Source: Planctomycetota bacterium (GTDB taxonomy: Bacteria; Planctomycetota; Phycisphaerae; SM23-33). From it: a stretch of DNA of 64,000 bases. The DNA is taken from positions 129,724-193,723 of the forward strand of contig JAKJER010000004.1 of assembly GCA_022705325.1 (NCBI GenBank), in the 5' to 3' direction. The first letter of the stretch is position 1; each line of letters opens with the position of its first letter. Of the stretch, positions 56,890 to 64,000 are shown one piece after another. A program made the translations under genes and the position numbers. The notes below the pieces were generated by a model that saw only the letters and a program-made list of their open reading frames with translations, ran no database searches and was not told the DNA's origin.

Positions 56890-58341
56890 CTAAGACTGGA
56901 AGCTCGCGTTCTCGATCTGTGCCAGGGCGTCGGCGTACGCCTTGTCGTCCTCGCCGGCCAGGGCGTCGAGGACCTTACGGAGCAGGATCTTCAGCAGGGC
57001 CGGAGCGCCGCCGTTGCGGTGCAGGCCCATGGAGACCAGTTCGCGTGCCTGGGCGATCAACTCGTCAGCGCCGGTGAGCACGTACTTCTTGTTGTACTCC
57101 ACGTCATAGCGGACCTGCTCGACGGGCACGCGTTGGCCCTTGTAGCGGCAGACGGCCAGGTGGATCAGTTCCCGCTCGACCTGTTCGAGATGGACGGCGG
57201 TCATGCGCATCTCGTTGTCGAGATCGGTCCGCTCGACGGCGACCTGGACGCCGGAGGTCGCCCGGCCGCGGAGTTCGCCGGCGGCGCCGGTGAGCTTGCC
57301 GATGCGGAGGATCGCCTCCACAAGGGTGCGGGCCAGTTCGATCTTGGCCTGGATGTGGGCCACGTCGCCGCTGATGTTGTGGATCTGCGAGCCGGCGGGC
57401 AGTGCCCAGCAGCCCATGGGCGTGATCTCGGCGGGGATCTTGTCCGCCTCGACGCCGGTGGCGACCAGGAAGGCGATGTTGCGGTAGACGTCGATCTGGA
57501 CCTGCGAGAGCAGGTTGAGCAAGTAGCGGGCGATCGGCGCGATCCGCGTCAGCAGCGACAGCGGGACCTTTGGGTAGTCGCTCCGCACCGACTCCTTGTA
57601 GTAGAACGGCACGACGGGGCAGCGACCCAGGGCGATGGGGCCGCTGGCCACGGTGACCGAGCGGTCTTCGCCCTCGCCGCTGACGCGATAGAGGCGCCAC
57701 TGGTCGCCCGTCAGCGTGAGGTAGCGTCGCTCGCCCGAGGTCGCGTGCGTCTCGTCGTCGGCGGGGGCGGCGCCCAGGTCGTATCGGACCCAGCGGTATC
57801 CTCCACCGTGGTCGCAGGCCCAGTCGAGCCGCTCCAGCGGCCCGAAGGCGTGCAGGTAGGGCAGCAGGCCGAGGCTGCGCTCCTGGGCCAGCGTGAGCGG
57901 CGCCGCCCCGGCCGGGGGCGACTGCTTGTCTACGACGAAGTCCACGCCGTTGACGTAATGCATGACCAGGGCCCGCCGCATGAAGGCGTCGATAGGCGTT
58001 CCGGCGCCGTCGACGTTGCGGAGGAACTCGGCCAGGAAGTCGGCGAAGGGCGAGTCGTCGAACCGCCTGGCGGGCGGGGTGCGGAAGAGGTTGTCCACGC
58101 GGAGGTGGATGAGTTCGCAGCAGGGGTCCAGGGCGAGGGCGGCGTTGCGGCGCCAGGCGTACTGGGCGGGCGGTTCGCCGGCCTGCTCGCCCCCGGAGCC
58201 GAAGGCGTCCAGGTACCGCCCGCCGCGGAGCACGTGCAGGTGCATCTCGGCGAAATCGCGATTGAGTTCCCAGGCCGGACGGAACTGCTCGTACAGCGGG
58301 TGTGCGGCGGCAGGGTCGAAGTCGGTGGGGTGTGCGGTCAT
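56890..58341 (-). CDS. putative portal protein (483 aa)
   Basis: Immediately downstream of the large terminase; portal-like size. Assigned by synteny. Confidence 0.45.
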   Translation of the reverse strand: MTAHPTDFDPAAAHPLYEQFRPAWELNRDFAEMHLHVLRGGRYLDAFGSGGEQAGEPPAQYAWRRNAALALDPCCELIHLRVDNLFRTPPARRFDDSPFADFLAEFLRNVDGAGTPIDAFMRRALVMHYVNGVDFVVDKQSPPAGAAPLTLAQERSLGLLPYLHAFGPLERLDWACDHGGGYRWVRYDLGAAPADDETHATSGERRYLTLTGDQWRLYRVSGEGEDRSVTVASGPIALGRCPVVPFYYKESVRSDYPKVPLSLLTRIAPIARYLLNLLSQVQIDVYRNIAFLVATGVEADKIPAEITPMGCWALPAGSQIHNISGDVAHIQAKIELARTLVEAILRIGKLTGAAGELRGRATSGVQVAVERTDLDNEMRMTAVHLEQVERELIHLAVCRYKGQRVPVEQVRYDVEYNKKYVLTGADELIAQARELVSMGLHRNGGAPALLKILLRKVLDALAGEDDKAYADALAQIENASFQS

Positions 58342-58469
58342 GGAGACTCCTGAATTGCGGAATGCGGATTGCGGAATGCGGAATTCGGCATCGGACCACG
58401 GATTGCGGCGCTGCGAACCTGCCTGCCTTTGGGCAGGTTGCGGAATTCGGAATCCGCATCCGCGGTCAG
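58342..58469 (-). repeat. structured intergenic element B: 2 x 14-nt tandem repeat + AACCTGCCTG hairpin + inverted copy
   Basis: ATTGCGGAATGCGG x2 (58354-58381); hairpin AACCTGCC-N8-GGCAGGTT (58416-58439); inverted imperfect copy (58441-58465). Same architecture as 48443-48563. Confidence 0.55.
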
Positions 58470-59894
58470 TTACGACATCCCCAGCCGCACGACGCCGATG
58501 GCGCTGCTGCGCCGCCGATTGACGTAGAAGTATCGCAAGGCGTCGGGAATGTGCTCGTGCTCCTGGGGGTCCTGGGGCTCGTCGATGTACACGCCGTTCA
58601 CGCGGCGGTTGCGATAGTTGAGCATCGCCTGGACGAACGGTCGATTGCCGCCGTGGTCCACGTAGAACAGCGTGGGCGGTCCGGCCGCCGGACGCAGTGC
58701 CGCCCGCACAAGCTGGATGCCGTTGCGGACCTCGCGGGCCTCAGGCGCCAGGGTGTATGTGCACGGGATGCCGGCCTGGGCGAAGGCCTCGATGGCGCTC
58801 AGGCCCGTCTGGTCGTTGCGGTTCCGTCCGGCCGGGTCGCAGTAGGTGGCGGCGACGTCGCTGAGCCGATGCCCGTGGATGTACGCCGCGTGCCGCCCCA
58901 GCGTGGCGTTCTCGGCCTGGTAGGTGTCCAGCACGGTTACGTTGCCCTGTTTGTCCTCTCCCAGCCACAGGCAGACGAAGGTCGCGACGCCCCAGTCAAT
59001 GGCCCGGTAGACCGTCAGAGTCTCTCCGGCACGGGGCAGGGCGTGGACCTGCGGGTCGAAGGCCGCATACACCAGCCCGCGAGCGGTGGGGCGGGCGCAT
59101 TCGTACTCGGCCCGCCAGGTGTCGATGTCCAGCTTGCTGAAGGCCTTGATGGCGTCGTCGATGGCCAGCAGGCCCTCGGCCTCGGCGGCGATTCCCAACA
59201 GGCGGTCCGGGTCGCCGTGGCGCTCGCGAGACTTGGCCAGGCAGGGTTTTCCCAGCGGGCAGTCTCGACAACCCGCGCCGTTGTCGTGTCGTTCGGGCGG
59301 GCACCTCTCGATGACCTCCCAGACGTTCCACTTGTGCAGTTTCACGCCGTTGGCGGGGCGGTTGTCGATGAGCTTGCCCATCAGCCCGCCGCTGCGGTGC
59401 CAGGTGGAGGTATAGACGGTTCGGGCCGGGCGGCCGGGCGAGGAAGCGAGCATCCCGACGGCGGCGCGGTCGATCTCCGGATCGATCTCGTCCAGTTCGT
59501 CCTCGAAAAGGCGGTGGACCTTGGGCCCGCGGACGGCGGCCTGGCTGGCGGCGACGATCTCCATTCGTCCGCCGCCCACCTCGGTGCGGGTTCGGCGGAG
59601 CAGCGGGCGACGCTCGCTCAGCGCGGTGGTGCACCAGCGTTTCCAGTACTCGTAGAGCGTGCCGGCCTGCGCCTGGCTGCCCGAGAGCACCCGGGCCTCC
59701 AGGCCGTCGGTCCGCGAGAACTCGCAGGCCGCGATGACGGACGCCGAGAGCGTCTTGAGCCCCGAGCGGCAGGCCCAGGCGGCCATGTCCTGATGCGAGT
59801 TGGTGATCGCGTCGGCGACGAAGCGAAGCGGCGTGCTGTGGCCGGGCGTGAATGACTTGTCGGGCAGCACCAGGTCGAAGTGGGTCCGGAGCAT
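58470..59894 (-). CDS. phage terminase large subunit
   Basis: ATPase region with VHRLFEDELDEIDPE (Walker-B-like acidic block) and a C-terminal RNaseH-like nuclease region (YCDPAG...D). N-terminal start uncertain (59894 vs 59999). Confidence 0.7.
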   Translation of the reverse strand: MLRTHFDLVLPDKSFTPGHSTPLRFVADAITNSHQDMAAWACRSGLKTLSASVIAACEFSRTDGLEARVLSGSQAQAGTLYEYWKRWCTTALSERRPLLRRTRTEVGGGRMEIVAASQAAVRGPKVHRLFEDELDEIDPEIDRAAVGMLASSPGRPARTVYTSTWHRSGGLMGKLIDNRPANGVKLHKWNVWEVIERCPPERHDNGAGCRDCPLGKPCLAKSRERHGDPDRLLGIAAEAEGLLAIDDAIKAFSKLDIDTWRAEYECARPTARGLVYAAFDPQVHALPRAGETLTVYRAIDWGVATFVCLWLGEDKQGNVTVLDTYQAENATLGRHAAYIHGHRLSDVAATYCDPAGRNRNDQTGLSAIEAFAQAGIPCTYTLAPEAREVRNGIQLVRAALRPAAGPPTLFYVDHGGNRPFVQAMLNYRNRRVNGVYIDEPQDPQEHEHIPDALRYFYVNRRRSSAIGVVRLGMS

Positions 59895-59988
59895 CCTGCA
59901 AAGCGGCCGGAGGTCCGGCCGCGAGGGCTCGCCTTTCGCGCTCGACCGCTCTGCCCGATCGGGGGCCGGTTGGCAGCGGGTCCTGGGC

Positions 59989-60420
59989 TTACTCATCATC
60001 GGGTGGCTCGATGGGCATGGCCTTGAGGCGCTCGCGGACGTTCTGGAGGTGGCGCCGCAGGCTCAACTCCGACGGGTCATCGCTCGGACCGGGATCGTCC
60101 GTGTCGGGGCCGGGAGGGAAGAGCTGGAGCAGGAACTCGCGGCACTTGCGGCCGAGTTCGCCCTTGTCCTCCTTGCCCACCTGAAAATGGTCGAGGATCA
60201 GTTCCTCCCGCAGACCCTTGCCCAGGCGGGCCGTTTCCGCGTCGGCCAGCCGTCTCATCTGGTCCAAACGTTGTTTGAATGCCGGCCGGCGCTGGCCGTT
60301 CACGAGCGCCACCAGGTTCTTGTACGTCATGTTGTGCTTCGCGGCTATCTGCCTGAGCGGCAGCCTGGCCGAGACCAGGTCGCAGATCAACTCGTCGTCG
60401 TTATAGTAGCTCCGTCTCAT
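59989..60420 (-). CDS. small HTH protein (terminase small subunit candidate), paralog B
   Basis: ATG at 60418-60420. PLRQIAAKHNMTYKNLVALVNGQRRP HTH is a paralog of 60417-60839; acidic C-terminus. Confidence 0.45.
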   Translation of the reverse strand: MRRSYYNDDELICDLVSARLPLRQIAAKHNMTYKNLVALVNGQRRPAFKQRLDQMRRLADAETARLGKGLREELILDHFQVGKEDKGELGRKCREFLLQLFPPGPDTDDPGPSDDPSELSLRRHLQNVRERLKAMPIEPPDDE

Positions 60421-60839
60421 GCGTTTCCCTCGTGGCTGATCGTTCGTGAAAGAATGTACTCGCGCGATCTTCCGGCCGCGCGGGAGGAGCCCGTCCGGAT
60501 GATCCGCATGTGGCGGCGGAAGGCGGCCAGGGCTTTGCGCCGGACAAGAGCCCGCAGGCGGTTGTCGAGTGTGCGGCGGGCCTTGCGGATGTCCCGCTGG
60601 AGGTGAGGACGGCGCTGGCCCGCGGCGATCTTGTTGACCAGTTCGACCGAAACGCCCAACTCGCGGGCGATCTCGGCGGTCGGTCGGCGCCTTCGAGCCA
60701 GTTCGAAGACCAGGACGGCCTCGTCGTACGCTTTGCGCTGGGGGACCACTGGCCGATCCTTGGGCGTTTCGGGGTTCAGATGCTTTGCCTTTCCCGCATC
60801 GGGGGCTGCCGTTGTTTGTCCCTCCCGTGGTAAGGACAT
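60417..60839 (-). CDS. small HTH protein (terminase small subunit or regulator candidate), paralog A
   Basis: ATG at 60837-60839. PTAEIARELGVSVELVNKIAAGQRRP HTH. It is the first gene of the cluster. Confidence 0.45.
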   Translation of the reverse strand: MSLPREGQTTAAPDAGKAKHLNPETPKDRPVVPQRKAYDEAVLVFELARRRRPTAEIARELGVSVELVNKIAAGQRRPHLQRDIRKARRTLDNRLRALVRRKALAAFRRHMRIIRTGSSRAAGRSREYILSRTISHEGNA

Positions 60840-61123
60840 TTCGAAGGGCGTTTTGTGGCAACAAAATCCGAGCGAAAGACTAGATCGGCATAAAATGCTT
60901 TCATTTAAGGCGTTATGAACGAAGAAAAACTTCGTTCTGAGCGGTTTTTCCATCCAGGCAGTGCGCGGGCCGAATCTGGGTTACGGTACTTGCCCGACTT
61001 CGCTCATCAGGACTGCCCGACAAGACAGCCGTTCTTTGCGGCGGGAAGACTTGAGCGTTCTTTTCAGTTGTCAAGAGGCCTGCCAGAACTGACAATCGTC
61101 TGCCGCCTCCGTGCGCAAGGGAT

Positions 61124-61915
61124 ATGACCGTGAGCAGGAAGAAGGACTTCATTCCGGGCATCTTCAACTACTGCGATCGCTGGTGCGAGCGGTGCGAGTA
61201 CACACGTCTATGCCGGCTGGCTGCCGACCTGGAGAAGGCTGAGCGACGCCGGCGCCGCAAGGGCAAGGACCCGGCCGACGACTCGATCGACGGGGCGATG
61301 GAGGAAGTGGGGCGGTCGTTCGAGGTGGTCGCACGGGCTCTGCGAAAGCGGGCCAGGAAAGAGGGCTGGGACCTCGACGCGATCGACACCGCCGCCATCG
61401 ACGCTCACGAGAGCGACCTCCGCCGGCGATGCGAGCAGCATCCGCTGGCCCTGGAGGCCCGCCAGTGGTGCCGCGAGGGCATGAAGCTCGTGAAGGACCT
61501 CCAGCCGCTGCTGCGGTCCGAGGGCGAAGACCTCCAGCGCCGAGGCGACTTCATGGACGTGCAGGACGAGGCCGACCGCTTCGAGGCCTTGGCCCAGGCG
61601 ATGGAGGTGGTGGCCTTCGACTCCACGCTCGTGGCGGCCAAGATGCGCCGCGCGATCGACGGCCTGCTCGAGTCGGCCGACGAGACCGACTTCATGCACG
61701 AGATCGGCCTGGAGGACGCCAACGGCTCCGCCGCGGTGATCCTCCGCTGCCTGAAGCGCGATCGCCCGGCCCTGGTGCGGATCTACGAGCACGACGAGCG
61801 TCTCGAGGAGCAGGCCCTGGGGCTGCTGGCCCGGCTGGACCGCATGGAGAAAGGTCTGGCCGAGGTCCTGCCCGGCGCCCTGACGTTCGTCTGGCCGCCG
61901 AAGGCGGAAGAATGA
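61124..61915 (+). CDS. hypothetical protein with N-terminal CxxxCxxC...C motif, divergent from the phage-like cluster
   Basis: AAGGGA RBS; ATG at 61124. CDRWCERCEYTRLC cysteine cluster; the rest is acidic and helical. Confidence 0.5.
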   Translation: MTVSRKKDFIPGIFNYCDRWCERCEYTRLCRLAADLEKAERRRRRKGKDPADDSIDGAMEEVGRSFEVVARALRKRARKEGWDLDAIDTAAIDAHESDLRRRCEQHPLALEARQWCREGMKLVKDLQPLLRSEGEDLQRRGDFMDVQDEADRFEALAQAMEVVAFDSTLVAAKMRRAIDGLLESADETDFMHEIGLEDANGSAAVILRCLKRDRPALVRIYEHDERLEEQALGLLARLDRMEKGLAEVLPGALTFVWPPKAEE

Positions 61916-61966
61916 GTGCGGCAGTCTCCCTGCGGGTGATGCGGGGGCTGATAACCTGAAGGCGGT

Positions 61967-63115
61967 TCATTTCGAAGGGGCGGCCAGGCTGCTCTTGGCG
62001 TCGTATTTCTCGTGCAGGCGCGTCCAGTAGGGCTTCCAGTACTTGTCGTAATAGTCGAGGGCGGCCTCTTCGATGTGGTCGAGTTCAACGGCCTTGGGCG
62101 CCTTGGCGGGGTCGTAGCCCTTGAGGTGGCCCTGGCCCGCGCGGAGGCGGGGCGAGACGAACCGCCACGGGCGGTCGCCGAGGACCTCGGCCAAAATCTT
62201 CGACAGCTCCGGGTCGTACGTCTTGAGCTGGTCGCGCGTGTGGAGCTGGCTGTGATCGTGGTCCATGGTGCGGTTGGTGTCGTACCAGTCCTGGACGCCC
62301 TCGGCGAAGTACTCCTGGCGGTTCTTGCCGGCATAGCACTGCTTGGGCCCGCCGAAGACGATGAGGACCTTGTCGTCCTTGGCGACTGTCGCCTTTGAGT
62401 CGGCCGGCTTGGAGTTGACCAGGATGCTCCCCCCGTCCATGCAGCGGGCCAGGAAGTCGCGCGGCTGGTCCGGGAAGGACTTGGCCAACGCGTCCAGCAG
62501 GCTGACGGGCTTGTCGCTCTTGACCCGCCGGAACCGCTGGGCGGCGTAGGCGTCGTTGTAGAGGCCCTTGGCCCTGGCGTTCTCGAAGGCGGCTGCCACG
62601 CGCTCGCGCAGGGGCTTGTCGAGGCCCGCCGCGTCGATGACGTGGCCGAACTCGTGGATGAGGATGCTCTCGAGCTGCATGCCGCCCTCGTACTCCAGCA
62701 CGTCCTCCTCGCTGAACAGCGCGGTGGCCCGGCCGTTCTTGGTCCCCAGGTTGCCGCGGTTGCGCCAGTTGTAGAAGTCCAGTTCCTTGCCGGTCTTCTT
62801 GCTGGGGTAGTGGGGCAGGTCGCTGACCAGTTCGGTGCAGCCGACCAGGATGCACAGCACCCCCCGCTCGCTGATGCGGCGGGCGACGTCGGGGCGGAGG
62901 TTCTTCATCACCTGGTCGATCTGCCAGGCGGCTTCGAGGTGGGCGAAGTCCGAGACCTTGTCTGAGGAGACGACGAGCACGTTGTGCACCAACGTGCCCT
63001 TCTTGTAGTAGTCCGTCAGCTTGTACTCGGCCGCCTGCTCCTTGGAGATCGGCTGCACGCGCGGCTGGTCGGCCCGGCCGAGCGCCGCGGCCGCGAGGAC
63101 GCACGCGGCGAGCAT
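61967..63115 (-). CDS. secreted zinc metallopeptidase-like protein (HExxH)
   Basis: Signal peptide MLAACVLAAAALGRA; ILIHEFGHVIDAAGLD zincin motif. Confidence 0.6.
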   Translation of the reverse strand: MLAACVLAAAALGRADQPRVQPISKEQAAEYKLTDYYKKGTLVHNVLVVSSDKVSDFAHLEAAWQIDQVMKNLRPDVARRISERGVLCILVGCTELVSDLPHYPSKKTGKELDFYNWRNRGNLGTKNGRATALFSEEDVLEYEGGMQLESILIHEFGHVIDAAGLDKPLRERVAAAFENARAKGLYNDAYAAQRFRRVKSDKPVSLLDALAKSFPDQPRDFLARCMDGGSILVNSKPADSKATVAKDDKVLIVFGGPKQCYAGKNRQEYFAEGVQDWYDTNRTMDHDHSQLHTRDQLKTYDPELSKILAEVLGDRPWRFVSPRLRAGQGHLKGYDPAKAPKAVELDHIEEAALDYYDKYWKPYWTRLHEKYDAKSSLAAPSK

Positions 63116-63248
63116 CCCCAAGCGGAAGTGAGGGCGGTGCGTCAGGAGTCGCGTACGACAGTGGATCGGCTTATCATCCATGCGGAGAACATATCGCCAT
63201 CGTCCGAGTCAGGTCAAGGCGACTTGCGAGCGGCGGGAGGGCGCCTAT

Positions 63249-63406
63249 CAGTCCGTTGAAAAAGGCCGCCCAACGTAGCATGGGCGTCTCGCCCATGTGT
63301 ACCACGGGCATCTTGCCCGTGGAATTGTCCGAAAGACAGCAACTCCCACGGCCGGGACGGCCGTGGCACACGGGCAAGATGCCCGTGCTACTTTTCCAAC
63401 GGACTG
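63249..63406. repeat. composite nested palindromic element (REP/MITE-like or structured RNA)
   Basis: Outer IR CAGTCCGTTGAAAAAG / CTTTTCCAACGGACTG; inner palindromes CATGGGCGTCTCGCCCATG, CACGGGCATCTTGCCCGTG, CCACGGCCG-GGA-CGGCCGTGG and CACGGGCAAGATGCCCGTG. Confidence 0.5.
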
Positions 63407-63444
63407 CTATGCGGCCCGAGGCGAGTCCGGCCTTCAGGAAGCGC

Positions 63445-64000
63445 TTATGAGTTTACGGGCAGGGCGCGTGCGGCGAGGGCGGCCAGAGCATAGCAGGCGG
63501 CGGCGACGAGCACGAGGCTGCGAAAGCCGACGGCCATGGCCAGCAGCGGGGCGGCCAGCGCGGCCGCCACGGAGGCCACGCCGTTAACCGCCCAAGCCCA
63601 GGGGACCAGGGGCGAGGCCGCTCGGCCGAGTTGACGCATGGCGGAGGGGAAGAGGTGGCCCATGGCCAGGGCAAGCGGCGCGATGATCGCTTCGACCAGG
63701 AGGACCCGCCATGGCAGCGTCAGCGGCTGAACCAGGGTCAGGAGGTCGTCGAGGGCCAGAAGGTAGAACAGGGCGGTGGCGACCACGCAGAGCCCGCCGA
63801 CCCGCATGATCCGTTGCGGCGAGGCCGCCCAACGGGAGGAGGCCGCGCTGCCCATGCCGGCGAAGACAAGAAAGCCCGCGATCACGGCGGCGGCGGAATA
63901 GACGGGGTTGCCTACGGCAAGGATGAGCCTCTGGAAGAAGCCGACCTCCAGCAGCATGAAGCCCGCGCCCATCAAGAGGAAACAGGCGAGCGAAGCGGCT
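63445..64000 (-). CDS. polytopic membrane protein, probably 5'-truncated at window edge
   Basis: Continuous hydrophobic TM helices. The frame is open to the window end upstream of the listed Met. Confidence 0.5.
   Translation of the reverse strand, partial: AASLACFLLMGAGFMLLEVGFFQRLILAVGNPVYSAAAVIAGFLVFAGMGSAASSRWAASPQRIMRVGGLCVVATALFYLLALDDLLTLVQPLTLPWRVLLVEAIIAPLALAMGHLFPSAMRQLGRAASPLVPWAWAVNGVASVAAALAAPLLAMAVGFRSLVLVAAACYALAALAARALPVNS

Larger units (their letters stand above)
39050..60839 (-). mobile_element. phage-like morphogenesis/packaging gene cluster (structural-only; candidate GTA-like element or defective prophage)
   Basis: About 28 co-directional, overlapping or tightly spaced ORFs: HTH x2, TerL, portal-like, scaffold-like x2, MCP-like, tail/fibre-like and small membrane proteins. 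No integrase, repressor, replication genes or tRNA in the window. Confidence 0.6.

Noticed and set aside
63256-63450. 64-aa plus-strand ORF (MKKAAQRSMGVSPMCTTGILPVELS...)
   Set aside because: Its sequence is entirely the nested palindromic repeat element; the amino-acid repeats are a by-product of DNA palindromes.
1-64000. CRISPR arrays, tRNA/rRNA genes, integrase/transposase genes
   Set aside because: No regularly spaced direct repeats, no tRNA-like T-loop/acceptor signatures in the intergenic regions inspected, and no recombinase-like ORFs. Their absence is informative for the phage-like cluster.

Overview
This is a high-GC (~67%) 64-kb window. Several features point to Planctomycetota-like ancestry: three DUF1559/prepilin-type N-methylation proteins (FTLVELLVV leaders), Tat-FAD oxidoreductase paralogs and many secreted carbohydrate-active proteins. 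This is inference, not a search result.

Left half (1-39 kb) is mostly host accessory and housekeeping genes:
- A carbohydrate cluster: FAD oxidoreductase, a duplicated secreted protein, a PfkB kinase and a GT3 glycogen-synthase-like glycosyltransferase.
- A DUF1559 pseudopilin / GH-like / vWA operon.
- A cobalamin salvage and uptake operon (cobO-btuF-btuC-btuD, minus strand) with overlapping start/stop codons. It is preceded by a clear TTGACA-17-TAGAGT promoter and a cobalamin riboswitch.
- An M14 carboxypeptidase, a CBM4/9-GH protein and a GGDEF/HD-GYP protein.
- A GT-C-like membrane protein, a GT2 polyprenyl-phosphate-sugar synthase and galE.
- A 1089-aa secreted FN3/Ig protein, carB, and an ECF sigma / anti-sigma / LTXXQ module divergent from a secreted Tyr/Ser/Pro-repeat protein.

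Right third (39.0-60.8 kb) is a co-directional, tightly packed minus-strand phage-like morphogenesis and packaging cluster: two small HTH paralogs, large terminase, putative portal, two scaffold-like paralogs, putative major capsid, then about 20 tail/fibre-like ORFs including a LamG lectin-fold protein. Two glycosyltransferase-like genes (Capsule_synth/KpsS-like and GT42/DUF115-like) sit between capsid and tail genes. No integrase, repressor, replication genes, tRNA or CRISPR are visible. This looks like a structural-only (GTA-like or defective-prophage) element and is the most interesting feature.

Several structured intergenic repeat/hairpin elements were found inside this cluster and elsewhere. 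Coordinates of RNA and repeat features read by eye are approximate (+/- a few nt).
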